Program-made: the position numbers and the translations under genes | Assembly: GCA_051942205.1 (NCBI GenBank) | Contig: JAVECO010000124.1 | Coordinates: forward strand, 1-64,000 | Length of the DNA: 64,000 nucleotides | Reading direction: 5' to 3' | Origin: Coniocarpon cinnabarinum | Taxonomy: Eukaryota | The notes under the pieces: generated by a model | What the model was told of the DNA's origin: nothing | Databases searched by the model: none | Seen by the model: only the letters and a program-made list of their open reading frames with translations | In this document: positions 36,122-48,528 of the stretch, piece by piece | Layout: the number at the start of each line of letters is the position of its first letter | Position numbering within the stretch: position 1 is the stretch's first letter

Positions 36122-39100
36122 TTACCTCTTCCCTCCCCACCACCTCCTCTTCTTCCCATCACCCGTCCCTTCCTCCTCAACGTCATGCCGCATCACCACA
36201 TTCAAAAACACCTGATCCAACGTCGTGGGACTAACGCTGTACTGCGCAAATTTCAACTCTTCTTTGTTTTCTTCGAGGAGTGCAAAGAGTCGCGAAATCG
36301 TCATGCCTCCACTTTGTCCTGCGTGTTGATTGTTGGGCTTTTCAATATCCATGGAGTGACTTGACTGAGTGTCTTCCTCTGTCTCATCCCGCACATCTCT
36401 CACGTCTCTCGACGCACTTGCACCGCCTGCGTTGTCAGTAACTGGAGTGGTGTGGTTTGGCACCGAAAATCGCAACTGCCCACTCCACGTCCGGTCCTCA
36501 ACCATCGCTCCAGGAATGTGTTCAATAACCCACTTCTTTACCCTCTCCATCTCTTCGATAGAGGTATGCGGCGCCTCAGCATGCACTAAATGGACATTCA
36601 ACGCATTTCCCCAATCTCTTCGCAATTTTTCCGTCGAGCCAAGCGCCAGCATTCGACTGGCGACAATCCCCGCTCGATCCGCAAGCGCGTCTGCTTCCTC
36701 CATACTATGTGTCGTTATTAACAACGCACGGCCTGTTGACACGGAACCAAGGACCCGCCACATTACTCTTTTCGCGGCGGCGTCCATACCCGATGATGGC
36801 TCGTCAAGTAGTAACACAGCTGGATTGCCCATGAGCGCAATGGCAAGTGAGAGTTTGCGTTTGTTCCCGCCGGAAAGCTTGGCTGCCAGGCGATTGGTAT
36901 ACGGATGCAATCCGACGGCATGCATCACGACATGAACGTTATGCTGTGCGTCTTTCACGCCACGGGCGCGTGCGTAGAAGAGTAAGTGCTCAGACACGGT
37001 CATAGCGTCCATAGCATCAAACTGGGGACACACACCCAGATTATTGCGAGCCTTGACGCGATGCGCGAATAAGTTCGCGCCGTGGATATTGACTTCGCTT
37101 CGGGCGCCGGTGGGTCTGAGATCCCCTCTGATTAGGGAAATGGTCGTGGATTTGCCGGCGCCGTTGGGGCCGAGGAGGGCGAAGACACTACTAGGTGCAA
37201 TCGCAAAGGTGATATCGTCCACAGCACGGACAGGACCAAAAGATTTGGAGAGGTGCAAGACCCGGAGCCCCGCGTCGTGGGATGCAGCATTGGAGAGTTC
37301 GTGACGGAGGGATTTATCTGTGATGGCGTTGGTGGATTCGGCTTCCGCGAGAGCGTCGTGGTCATGTTGGATATGGCGACGGCGGGAGAAGAGGGATGAG
37401 AGGCGGCCGCCGGAGTCGTACCAGACAAGGAAGAAGAACAGGAGGATGAACTGGATGATGAGGTAGAGGATGGGGCCACCGTAGACGGTGATATCGCCGG
37501 GGTATGAGGCGAACTCGAAGCCATGGCAGAGGATGGAGAATTCGTTTAGGGTGAGGAGGAGGGAGCGGAGCATAGATCCGGAGGGTGTGACGAGAGCTAT
37601 AGTAAAGTGCGCTGTTGTGATATCGGCGTCGATTTTATTGACTGGAGCGTAGGTGATGATAGCCTGTAGGTTGTGTGAGCATGAAGATTTCTTGCATGTG
37701 CTATGAGGTTTTTGCCCGATGTACCTACCATGTATGAAATGAGGTATATGAGGAAGAGTGCGCATTGTGACCCAGCTGAGAAGGCGAATGCGGCGAGCTG
37801 GCTGGACACGAATAGAGAGACGACGTAGGAGTATACGACCGAAGTGAGTCCATACAGGAAAAAGACCACGAATAAGTAGCCAGGTGCAAACCAGCCATCC
37901 CAGGTGCCGGCAAAAATTGCCACAGCGAGAACACTGACAACCAGAACAGCGATGAAGTCGAACAGAGTATACGCAGACCAGATAGGTAGCGAGCGAACAC
38001 CATTGCTGTAGTGCAAGGCACGGACCTTTCGAAGTCGCTCAGCCGTTGGGTAGAGAGCGAAGAAGCCGGGATAAGCAGACATGGCCAAGCCAAAGTACAG
38101 AATCAATTGAAGTGAGTCGCCTGCTTGGCTAGCGAGAGGGGTTGAGAAGGGCTGATATTGAGCTGTGATCGGCGTCTGGGTGAGGAGCTGGTCGACCAGT
38201 GACTGGACGAGGATAGGTGACTCCAGCTCGTAATCGGCAAGCCATGCGAAGGTAGGGGTGTCTCCAACCCATAGGCCACCAGGCGTCACATTATGATAGT
38301 TGAGTGTGACATACTGGTTCATAGCGTCCAGGCTGCTGACGGTATGAAGACTTGACGCGTTAAGTGCTGAGTATCGTGAAGTGAAAGCTTGAACAGACAC
38401 AGCGCCAGGTGGACCATAAGGCGCGTCGACGGTCACCGCGTTCGTAAAATCGGAGATCTCTTCGCTGCTGATTTGAGCACCGGGCGCACAGCTCGGAAGG
38501 ATGAAGCCGTCGAGGAACAACGTGACCAAGCCAGCAGCAATGATCGGAATCAAGATGGCAGCAGCATATGGCCAAATGTTACGCTTGAGAACAGTGAATC
38601 GCTTTCCAAACAAGATCCATGACTGTCGCATCAGAGACGTTCCGTGTCCAGTATGCAGGTCCAGAGTTCCACCGCTCTTGAATTTTGCGGCTGCGACCTC
38701 ATCAGAGCTCTCTTCGCTGACTTTTGCTTCCGTCTCATCATACGAGGGTGGCAGATCGACTACTGATGGCGCTCTCATTCCTAGATCATCTCGGATCTCG
38801 TCCGCTAATCGAAGGAAAACAGACTCTACAGTTGGGCCCTGCACTTTGTAGTCTTCTACTCCTTGGCGATCGAGTTCGGCAATGAATGCGCTGACTTCTC
38901 TGGACCCGCCGAGGGCGTAGAGTGTCTGATCATAGTCGACACGCTTGGGTACATGCTCAAGCTGGGGAGGAAGCGTGAAATTGGCGTGGGTCAAAACAGA
39001 TAATTGATAACCACCGCCGAGCCGCGATTTCAACTCAACAGCGGTGCCATCTGCTTTAAGTATTCCCTGCAAGTTCGATCAGCATTTAACTTAAGTATAG

Positions 39101-41279
39101 CTTTGACAACAACGGTCTAGAACAAGACTAGGAGCTCTTCGAAGACAATCCCCGGATCGTTTACTTCACGGATGCACATGAAAAATAGCAGCGGAAGGTA
39201 CTCACCTTAGACAGGATCGCAATGTGATCAGACAAGACATCAGCCTCATCCAGAAAATGAGTGGTAAGAAGAATCGTTCGCCTGCCTCTTTCAGCCAGCA
39301 GAATGTCCCACACCTTTCTCCGTGCAAGAGGGTCAATCCCAGAAGAGACTTCGTCGACGCAGCAAACTTTGCTCCCTCCACAGAACATCATGGCGAGCTG
39401 TAGCTTACGCTTTTGGCCCCCTGACAGCGTCTTTGCCTGCGCGGTTGTCTTAATCGCCAAGTCACAGTTGGAGATGAGTTCTTTGCGAGACTGCTTCGAT
39501 GCCGGTTCCCGCGGCGCTTTGAGTCGGTCGAATACCCAGATGTGTTCGAGGACGGTAAGCTCATCCCAGAGCACATTCTTTTGCGGACACAGTCCGAGGC
39601 CTCCTCGACCATCAATGTCTATCGAGCCGGTCGAAATTTCGTGCAAACCTGCAATCGCGTCTAGTGTTGTGCTTTTGCCACTGCCATTCGCACCCAGCAG
39701 AATGGCAATCTGACCTTGTAAAATGTTGAGGTTCAGATTGTCAACAGCCTTGAAAACGTCCTTGTACTTCTGCCGGCCGAAGCACAAGAATTGCTTGAAT
39801 TTCGATGACCCATAGAATTTAGAGAAGCCTTGAAGACGAACCGCAACATTGTCACCGGTGCCAGCATGATGCATTTTGCGCGCTTTGCTAGCAGTGCCGT
39901 ATAAGGAGCGTTCCACCCAGAGAGCCAAAAGAGGAAAACCAAGCATTTGGATGGCAAATATGACAAAGAAAGCAGATCCAGTGACTTCCCATTGGATCTC
40001 TGACGCAGGCGTCGAGTCATTCAGGCGAGTTGGTATACTCTGCTCCTGGAAGCCTGCCACATAGATCAGGAAAAAGGTATAGTTCATTGGTGTGAAGAGC
40101 AGGCCAAGGATTGCAACGGCGCCAGTACTTCCATTTTTGCCTAGAGGAATCTGCGCAATGATAGCAAGGACCAACGAAACGATCGTGGTAGTGATGCCAG
40201 AAAGCTGAGCACGCCGGAAGAAGCTCGCGAACAGTAAAGACCAGCTTGACAATGCCAGACCGCCCAGGATATGCAAGCCAACAATGATGCCAACGTCAGT
40301 GTCAGGAAACACGAGGTAGGCCACGATAAGCCCGTTGATGACCCAGCCTGGCATGTACATGATGTCGAAAGAAAGATGAGCAGCAACCAGTCGTGCCACC
40401 TGCGGAGCCCACCGTCGCTTGTTGGGCATCATAGCTTCAATCAGTTGACTCATGCCCAGCTCGCGCTCCATTGCGACGTGCCCAACTAAATGATACGTCA
40501 CGCCGACCATGGCAATGAAGAAAGCGACCGCAATCACATCGATGAGTGTGCCTTGGTATAATTGGACGATGTTCGCGGCGCGTTCTTCCTGGTTCCTCAT
40601 GGTGAAGGGATAGTTATAGACAGTAGGTGGCATCGGCGTACCACCGTCCACCAAGGCAATAACACGGTCAATCTCGTGCTGCATAGGTAGAACGTAGATC
40701 TGCGCGTCATTGTCGTTCTCGTCGACATAAGTCTTGGTCCCGAGAGCTCCGTCCGCCCGTATCTTGTAGCTCCACGTGCCTCCAGGGCCTTGGTTTGGCG
40801 ACGAGAAGAACTCGGCGGCGCCATAGCATTGTGAGGCTCCTCGAAGACTGCTTGGACATACTGCGGACAAGGTGCTGTTGTCAGGGAGAACGTGGACCGT
40901 TTTACCGGCATCGCGGACAGTCGTGGATAGTTGATCGATGACTTGGCCGATGCTGCCATCAGTGAATCCATTGTTCACGAAAACCACCGTGTCGCGTCCT
41001 CCGCCTGCGTCGTTCAACCCCTGGGCGAGACTGCGAACGGGCGATGGGGTGCCAATGCCAAAGCGACTAGGTGGGACGAAGAAGTTCTTTGCATACGAGA
41101 TGAAGAACATCTGCGGTTGAGTCAGGTTTCAGAGGATCCGAGTATAAGAAGACATGAGTGGAGCTCACAAAAACAATGGGCAGCACCAACGCTCTGAAGG
41201 TCGTCGCGAACCAGTGGCGGATGAAGACAATGAGCAGGTTCTTGAGCGTGAGCGTCCATGTTTGGCGGGCGAAGTTCAT
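36122..41279 (-). CDS. Full-size ABC transporter, ABCA subfamily, 4 exons
   Basis: RQTWTLTLKN N-terminus. Two TMD+NBD halves: GANGSGKST/LSGGQKRKL/DEVSSGIDP and GPNGAGKST/LSGGNKRKL/DEPSSGMD. TLDQVF. Introns about 41169-41112, 39205-39069, 37727-37664. Confidence 0.93.
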
Positions 41280-42070
41280 GGCGCCGTCGAGGAGACGATG
41301 TTCAGCACCTGCGTGCGCAACCACTTCCAGCTAGAAAGAGTAGAAGAAATTAACAGTGTTATGTCGCCATGCCGTCCAACGGTTCTTAGAAGTCTCCGCT
41401 CAATCCAAGCATGTGGCGACTAAGTGGAAACCGGTTATGTCGCGCTACTGAGTTGCGCTGAGTATCGACGGAATGCCGGACACGGAACAAAGCGAGCGGG
41501 ATGAGAGAAGCGAGGTCGACGAAGGATGGAGGAGGATAGACTGAGAGGCGAGAGCATTTTGGAGAAAGGTCGGAGGAGAATCCTTTCGATTGGAGGTACA
41601 GACACACGAGTCATAGGTAGATCGACGACTCCACCAATTCTTTTCTCTCGCCTGCAGAAAAGAGACGAGAGACAAGATCCATTGACGCGTTTGCAGGGCC
41701 GAGCCAAGGCGCCAAGGCCCCACTTTGACCCAGCAGCCAGATCATCTTCCGTCCGGTCGGCGATCTCAGCCCCTGCCGCAGCGGCTATCTTGCTTCTCCT
41801 CTTTCGGCAGCACAGTGCGAGCTCGCCCATCGATCTTATCCCCGAGTACATTTGTACCTACTGCGAGCTCGTACGCCTTTTCGACATTGGTTGACTGGAT
41901 CTCGGCTGGATCCAGATAATACTAGCACCATGCACAGAAGCCAGACGATCTAGAAGAGCTTGAAGAGCTGTCTATCGCATGTTGTTGGACATCTTGTAAA
42001 CCAGCACGGTCCCATCTCTGAATCCAGCTCCATGCTGCAGCTCCATGCTGCGAAATGCGACTGCCTAAAC

Positions 42071-45000
42071 TCACGGCGTCACATTAAACTTCATCCGTAC
42101 CCCCATCGCCAGCAGCTCCACGTCGAGATACTTCAACACCCCCGGCACTGCCACCACCGTCACATCATCACCCCCCGTAAACCTGTTGCCTGTCCCATCC
42201 TCCCACACCTGGTGCTCGGGCTGCCAAGGATCTGCTCGCTTCGCACACGCTCGACACCGTATGATATTCGTCCCTCGCTTCTTTGGCCCGAACCCCCCCA
42301 CCGTCGGTTGCGTACTCGCAAAAGAACCGCACTGGCGACAGATCCACGAACGCGTGTAGTCGGAGCAGTTCATCAGCCGGTCTTGCAGCAGGTATGATGT
42401 CCCGTGCGCGATTAACGCATCTCGCTCCATCTCGCCTACTCGGATACCGCCGCCGCGACTTCGACCCTTTACTGGTTGACCTGTGGTTGCAGTCACGGGT
42501 CCTGTCGTGCGGACCTGATACTTGTCGTTGACCATGTGTCGAAGTCGTTGGTAGTAGACGACGCCGATGTAGATGTCTGCAGCGAGCTCTGTGCCTGTGA
42601 TACCGCTGTACATAGGCTCGTTACCGTAGTAGTTGAAGCCGGCCTCTTTGAGTTGGTGACCAAAGTACTCGACAGCTGTATTGCCTTTCTTGTCTTCAAA
42701 CTTCCATGGCGTGGAGTCTTGTGCGAATCCGTGCATTGCTCCAGCCTTGCCAGCCATGGACTCGATGAACATGCCAATGGTCATTCGCGATGGAAACGCG
42801 TGTGGATTAATGATCACATCTGGAATCATACCAGACTCTGAGAAGGGCATGTCCACCGACGGCCACTTTTGCGAGCAAACACCCTTTTGGCCATGCCGCG
42901 AGGAGAACTTGTCACCAATGATGGGTGATCGTGGGACCCGCAGCTTGATCGAGACGCTGAACAGCGGGGCGTTGACTTCATCGGTCCCATGGACAATGAC
43001 ATCTTCCACTATAGCCATCTCTTGGTCATGATACCTGTGTATTTGAGTCGCCATGTCTCTGTTTATTAGTCTCTTCGTCACGGGGTCGTAATCAACCACG
43101 TGTGACGCAGCCATCACATCGCCTTCTCGCAACTTGACACCGACCCTCGGGAGCCCATCGTCATCAAGCTTGTCACGCCATTCAGCTTTCACCAGTCCAG
43201 CGGGCGCAAATCCAAAGACTTTCTTTACTGTCTTTTCGGACCGTACTTTTGGATCTTTGTCGGACAGGTCAATTTTGTACGTCTTGTAGATGCTCCCGTT
43301 TCCAAAGCCCCGCTCATGTGCCGATTTGTTGATAATCATCGCGTCGTCCATGTCGTAGCCAGTGTATGAAATAACCGCCACAACAGCGTTCGTGCCTTGT
43401 GGATAATTATCAAGACCGTAGTCTTGATATAGGGGAGGACGCACGATTGGTGTCTGCCCGCATTCGAGCTGGTACATCTTGTTGTCTGCACGATATTTCA
43501 AAGCCGCACCAGGTGTGCCCATTGTTTGCTTGCCCATCTGACATTGATACATATTTCGTGGAGACTGATTGTAATCGGAGAACGGAGTCTGATTCGACAC
43601 GATGTCTAAGATGCTTGTAGGTGATAGCTCGCAGTGCGTGTGAATCTTGGGATCAATCTCTGGCCTCGTGCATGCAATGTCCATGAACGGCTGCTCAAAA
43701 GGACCAATGAAATCGTACTTGTTCGTCGCAAGATGTTTGACAGGCCGATACATTCGACCCGGATGAGCAAACATGTAGATCCCAGGATATTGCCCACCAC
43801 GAGAGGTAGGCACGTAACCAACCTCAAGCAAGAGTGGCACTCCGTGAGATCCTTCAATCTTCCACTTTCTGAGCGCATTGGCAATATTCTCAGCTTGACT
43901 GACTGGACAATATCCAAGCAGCTTGCCATCGAGCTGCACGACCATCGACTCTTCTCCAAGACCGTGCATGGTATCCACTACCCCCAGCTGGGCCAGAAGA
44001 CCCGGAAGCTTGCCAGTCCCGAGATAACTTGTCGCAAGCTTACAATGATGTGCTAGGTGGTTTAACAAGCCGCAGGGCGCACCGTCAGGCGTATGGACTG
44101 GACAAATGAAGCCCCAACTTTCAGGTAGCAGTTTGCGAACAGCAGTTGTCTTCAATTGCGCGAAAAAGCTACCTCGATGGACCATGCGGAAATGACTTAG
44201 GAATCGAAAAAAGTTGAGTTTCTCAGCTACTACCGTGAAGCCATTTGTCTGTTGCAAGTCAAGACCTGTGGGACTTTGAAGATTGCCAGTAGCCAGGAAG
44301 TACTCCATTCGTTCTGCAGCGCGCTCACTTGTCTTCCGTAATATCCTGTCCTCAAAGTCTCTGCGGTTCAGAGTAGTGAAAAGACGGGATCCTTCGGCTC
44401 TTGATTGCATCGAAGCCTGTGAACAAATGTCATGCAGCCATTCCTCCAGCTTCTCCTTCAAGATCATCCCATACAAAGCACTTGGTAGTAAAACCTCTTG
44501 TGTGGAGGCCGCGTCTGGATTGTCTGCAGCGCACTCCTTCTCGACCAGTGCGTACAGTTTTCTGAGCATGAACAACATCATTCTAAACTTATCTAGATCT
44601 TGCGCTTCAGTAACGTTCTGCCATCCGAGGTGAGGCAGTACAATCTTGCGCAGGAAATGCGTCCCACACTCCTCATCAGACGCGGTGTCTGGTAGAAGCA
44701 GCACGGGTCTGAAGCGCGAACCTAGATATGCTCGTACTCGTGCCTTACCATACATGCCATGATCGGCTCGGTACGTTCGCAGCAGCATTTCCACACGCTC
44801 GATAAGCGATTGCGTGTCCTTCATGCCTTTCTCGCTAGATGTGTCAATCAGAGACTGAAATATCTCGCGATCATTAGTATCTACCAGAGCTCTCAGAATC
44901 ATCATTGCTGGCACGAGATACTCATTCATGCGCCATGAGAAGCGGAACGTTACATTGCCATCACTTAAGTAATGAAGGACATTTGTCTGAGACGTTTGAT

Positions 45001-45676
45001 CCCTTCGCACCGAGCGTATTTGCACGCCATACTCTGTGTATGTCTTCCCTCGACTCCTGTAAGACGGTCGTACGATTGCCAATGGATAATTTCGCTTTGT
45101 GACGATTAGCATGCGAATGATTTTCTCGATGCCATTGACGATGAAATATCCGCCAAAATCCTCTGACTCCTCATGACGTTTGACTAGCTCGGCAGGGCTA
45201 GCCTTCTCCAAGTAGCATCGATTCGAACGCACAAGGATAGGCAGCTTGCCCAGCTCTCGAACTGTCTCAATCCAGTCGCCATCGTTGACTCTGTATGCGA
45301 GTCGGACTTCGAAACGTCCACCATAAGTCACGTGCCTTTGCCGACACTCTGCAGGATAAATTTCTCTACCGGTGGTCTTGAATTTGTTCGATAGAGGTAC
45401 TAATGATTTTCCTAGGAAGAATTGCAGTATCCGTACATCGAGCTTGTCGCCATCTCTGTCTAAGGTGGATTTGATGCCGATGTCCTTGATGCCCTGGTCA
45501 AGGAAGCCTCCAGAATCGAAGACCGCATTAAAGCATTCGATGTGGGATCTGAACGCTTCAGCAAGAGCGGGATAGGGTGTTCTGTCTTTCGGCGGATTTC
45601 TGAACAACTTTTCTCTTGTGACAGTATCGAAATGATGAGACCATGCTGGAGGATTGACAGGCGTGGCTGATGGCAT
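42071..45676 (-). CDS. RPA135: RNA polymerase I second-largest subunit
   Basis: GGYFIVNGIEKIIR, RKLLPESWGFICPVHTPDGAPCGLLNHL, YTGYDMDDAM, GDKFSSRHGQKG, NPHAFPSRMTIG, LRHMVNDK, GEMERD, C-terminal zinc ribbon. First ATG at 45676, intronless. Confidence 0.97.
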   Translation of the reverse strand: MPSATPVNPPAWSHHFDTVTREKLFRNPPKDRTPYPALAEAFRSHIECFNAVFDSGGFLDQGIKDIGIKSTLDRDGDKLDVRILQFFLGKSLVPLSNKFKTTGREIYPAECRQRHVTYGGRFEVRLAYRVNDGDWIETVRELGKLPILVRSNRCYLEKASPAELVKRHEESEDFGGYFIVNGIEKIIRMLIVTKRNYPLAIVRPSYRSRGKTYTEYGVQIRSVRRDQTSQTNVLHYLSDGNVTFRFSWRMNEYLVPAMMILRALVDTNDREIFQSLIDTSSEKGMKDTQSLIERVEMLLRTYRADHGMYGKARVRAYLGSRFRPVLLLPDTASDEECGTHFLRKIVLPHLGWQNVTEAQDLDKFRMMLFMLRKLYALVEKECAADNPDAASTQEVLLPSALYGMILKEKLEEWLHDICSQASMQSRAEGSRLFTTLNRRDFEDRILRKTSERAAERMEYFLATGNLQSPTGLDLQQTNGFTVVAEKLNFFRFLSHFRMVHRGSFFAQLKTTAVRKLLPESWGFICPVHTPDGAPCGLLNHLAHHCKLATSYLGTGKLPGLLAQLGVVDTMHGLGEESMVVQLDGKLLGYCPVSQAENIANALRKWKIEGSHGVPLLLEVGYVPTSRGGQYPGIYMFAHPGRMYRPVKHLATNKYDFIGPFEQPFMDIACTRPEIDPKIHTHCELSPTSILDIVSNQTPFSDYNQSPRNMYQCQMGKQTMGTPGAALKYRADNKMYQLECGQTPIVRPPLYQDYGLDNYPQGTNAVVAVISYTGYDMDDAMIINKSAHERGFGNGSIYKTYKIDLSDKDPKVRSEKTVKKVFGFAPAGLVKAEWRDKLDDDGLPRVGVKLREGDVMAASHVVDYDPVTKRLINRDMATQIHRYHDQEMAIVEDVIVHGTDEVNAPLFSVSIKLRVPRSPIIGDKFSSRHGQKGVCSQKWPSVDMPFSESGMIPDVIINPHAFPSRMTIGMFIESMAGKAGAMHGFAQDSTPWKFEDKKGNTAVEYFGHQLKEAGFNYYGNEPMYSGITGTELAADIYIGVVYYQRLRHMVNDKYQVRTTGPVTATTGQPVKGRSRGGGIRVGEMERDALIAHGTSYLLQDRLMNCSDYTRSWICRQCGSFASTQPTVGGFGPKKRGTNIIRCRACAKRADPWQPEHQVWEDGTGNRFTGGDDVTVVAVPGVLKYLDVELLAMGVRMKFNVTP

Positions 45677-46151
45677 AGTGAAGCCTGATTCTTGCACACG
45701 ACTGTTGTCACCTATCAATGTAGCCCGAAGGAAACTACATTGCGCCGCTCGTCAACGCCTTGTATTGATCGAATCCACAGCTGTGCCAAAAACTTTTCGT
45801 CCAGACAACATTGAGATCTCGAAGCTAGAGCTAATCTAGAATTAAGGTGTGATCCGTGCACAGATAGCGCCAAGAGCCGCAGGCATGTGAGAATGACATC
45901 GCCGCAACGACGAGCCGACGGCTGTCACAAGGCCACAGAGTTGAACCACTTCCAGTAGACACATTCACCGTCATACACTGGCAACGAATTCCGAAACGTC
46001 ACAGGTCCGTGATGATACAGCAAGCAAGAAGCTCGTTCCCCACAGAGAACGAAGCCCAAGCAAGTTCTCGCTTTGTAAAGAGGAGCACTAATAACGGCAT
46101 TGCATTCAACGAATCACTGCTTTGGGTGCAGAGCACTACCTAGATATTGAC

Positions 46152-46826
46152 ATGTTCAGCATTTTCTCCGCCATCTGGGAATGGCTGCTCAGCCTCTTCT
46201 GGTCCCAAGAAATGGACATCACCCTCATTGGGCTGCAAAACGCCGGCAAGACCACCCTTGCACGTGTCCTCGCCGGCGGTGAATTCACCTCAGAGTATGG
46301 CATTCCCCTCTCTACTCTTCTCTCCATCCCTATCACCCAGCCCAACGCCATCCTGCACAGTTACTCACAGCTAGAAGATACTAAACTCAATAGATCCATG
46401 CCCACCGTCGGCTTCAACCTCAAACGCATCCAAGCCGGCCACGTCACCCTCAACGCCTGGGATATAGGCGGGCAGCCGCAATACCGCACAATGTGGGAGC
46501 GATACTGCCTCAACAGCACCTGCATCGTCTTCGTGGTCGATGCCGCCGACGAAGCGGCCCTCTTCGTCGCCGCAGAGGAATTGGAGTCCCTGTTACAACT
46601 GGAGAGTCTAGGCGGGATTCCGTTGCTGGTGCTGGGGAATAAGAGCGATCTTAAGGGGCATGTGGACGTGGATGGCTTGATTGAGGCGCTCGATTTGGTG
46701 AGGTTGTGTGGCCGGGAGGAAGGGCCCGGTAAAGGACGTGAGGTCAGCTGTTATGGGGTTAGTGCTAAGAAGGGGGCGAATCTGGATGCGGTGATTAAGT
46801 GGTTGGTTGCGCGAGCGGGGAAGTAG
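46152..46826 (+). CDS. ARL8: ARL8-like Arf-family small GTPase
   Basis: GLQNAGKT, PTVGFN, WDIGGQPQYRTMWERYC, GNKSD, CYGVSAK. Amphipathic N-terminus without Gly2. Intron 46295-46393. Confidence 0.88.
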   Translation: MFSIFSAIWEWLLSLFWSQEMDITLIGLQNAGKTTLARVLAGGEFTSEYGIPLSTLLSIPITQPNAILHSYSQLEDTKLNRSMPTVGFNLKRIQAGHVTLNAWDIGGQPQYRTMWERYCLNSTCIVFVVDAADEAALFVAAEELESLLQLESLGGIPLLVLGNKSDLKGHVDVDGLIEALDLVRLCGREEGPGKGREVSCYGVSAKKGANLDAVIKWLVARAGK

Positions 46827-47308
46827 AAGAGCAGCTTTGATCACAGCATAGCGATGGTGTTTGTGGAGAACTTGGGAAGTGAAGGGTTTTGATTAGGTCC
46901 TACGGTCGTATCTCGTTATCGCAACACTAATGTGTCACGCCCCTTGCGGACAGGGGAACTGTGCTTCATACATGGACCTGCGCCTTCGAGAATGCTCACA
47001 CGATCCAAAGCTGCTTGATGATATTGCGTGTTTCAATATTTGAAGTGAGCTACGCGAGCGCGCAGGAGCAAGTCAGGTTGACTTCGAACCTCAAGTCGTG
47101 AGTAAGATCGCAAAACCGCGCGCCGTAGTGTATCACAGCTGTGTCGCAAAATAAACCCTGACACCGCCGCTCAGCTCCAGCGCACGCATGCTATCTATAG
47201 CACTCTTCAAACATGCTGTGAATTCGTTTCGCCGAAGATCGAATGCCTGTAGACGACATCAAAGCCAAAATTCCGCTGTCGTCCTTCCCTGGCGTCCTCC
47301 AGTATCGT

Positions 47309-47803
47309 CTAGTACGTCTCCTTCCCCGGCGGCGGCCCAGGCGGCGGCGAATAAACCTGACTCCCACCCGCTCCTCGTTGCGGCGGCGCATGCGCCTGTT
47401 GCGGCGGCTGCATCTCAAGCCCACTCTCTTGCCCATAATACCCAGAATGACTCGGATTATAGGCGGGCGGCGCACCCTGTCCTCCATTGGGACTTCCATA
47501 ATACGCGTACTGATTCGGCGGGGGATTCGTGTTATTCGGTCCACCAGGCCCATAGTAATTCACCGGACCATGTCCTGGTGCCATCCAGCCCGTGCCGCGG
47601 AAAGGCGTGGCGCCCTGTCGACGGCGGCGGCGGGCGTTGAGGCAGGAGAAGACGAAGAAGATGAAGAGGACCAGTACAATGATGCCGACGAGGAGGACCC
47701 AGCGACCCCATTGGGACCAGTTGGAGTTGCAGTTGTCGTCGTTGTAGTAGCAGTCGCGAGAGCCGTAGCCGTAGCCGTATTGGCGGGGTTGGAGCGTCGG
47801 CAT
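47309..47803 (-). CDS. RCR-family (chitin synthesis regulation / Congo red resistance) single-pass membrane protein
   Basis: C..C.S.WSQWGRWVL, one TM helix, ARRRRRQG..P..GTGW, PPAY and PPPGPPP motifs. Confidence 0.85.
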   Translation of the reverse strand: MPTLQPRQYGYGYGSRDCYYNDDNCNSNWSQWGRWVLLVGIIVLVLFIFFVFSCLNARRRRRQGATPFRGTGWMAPGHGPVNYYGPGGPNNTNPPPNQYAYYGSPNGGQGAPPAYNPSHSGYYGQESGLEMQPPQQAHAPPQRGAGGSQVYSPPPGPPPGKETY

Positions 47804-48528
47804 CGTGGTGTCGCGTGCGAGATTGTGTGCCAATTTGTGTTGGGGATTGGCTGTTGTTCAGATTTCAGTGAGGGTGTGGAGGAATAGAAAGGTGATGGAT
47901 CTTTGTAGTGGAGAAAACAGTAGGCAGGCGACGCCGAGGAGGCTGTGCTGGTCAGCGAATAACTCGGCGTCCGTAGCTCACGTCATCATCTGAGCAATAA
48001 CTTAGTTCGTGTCTTGGCATGAGATGGATCAAAACTGGGATGTTTTGCGATACCTGCCGCGCTAATCCTAACTAGGACTAGATCCGTATTGCATCTCGTT
48101 CTCGTTCCCGTCGTTTATGTTGTTGAGCACTCACGTAGGCTACCTTCTTATGCGTGGTACTATGCAATCTCACGAGCAATGCCGCAGCCACTGATCATTT
48201 GTAATCTTTCAAATTGTATGCTGAGTCACTTAAATCTTCCCGCAAAGCATACGCATTGACACGACGGCTGTGCTGGGGCATTGCGCCTCCTGGCAATGAG
48301 CTTCTACAACTTTATGAGTAGTCCAGCAGCTGCCAATGCTTTCACGAAGATGCGATTGCACTCAAGACTACCGCCGACCTTTAAAGACTCCATAAAGAAA
48401 AGAGGCAACTTTTGGGCTGCAGCTTTGTGACTGTTTGAAAATTCCCAGACCCGCCGGGTTTTCCGACTTTGCTATACAAGATTCCTAAACATCGCCCTCT
48501 TCGCCCCAGATCTACCATGCCGGAACAT

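Noticed and set aside
41900..41930. GATCCAGATAATACTAGC, similar to the TPP aptamer 3' half
   Set aside because: No CTGAGA element upstream and poor stem pairing.
47010..47165. Possible C/D snoRNA (TGATGA...CTGA) with a small hairpin
   Set aside because: No terminal stem or recognisable rRNA guide, and these motifs are common by chance.
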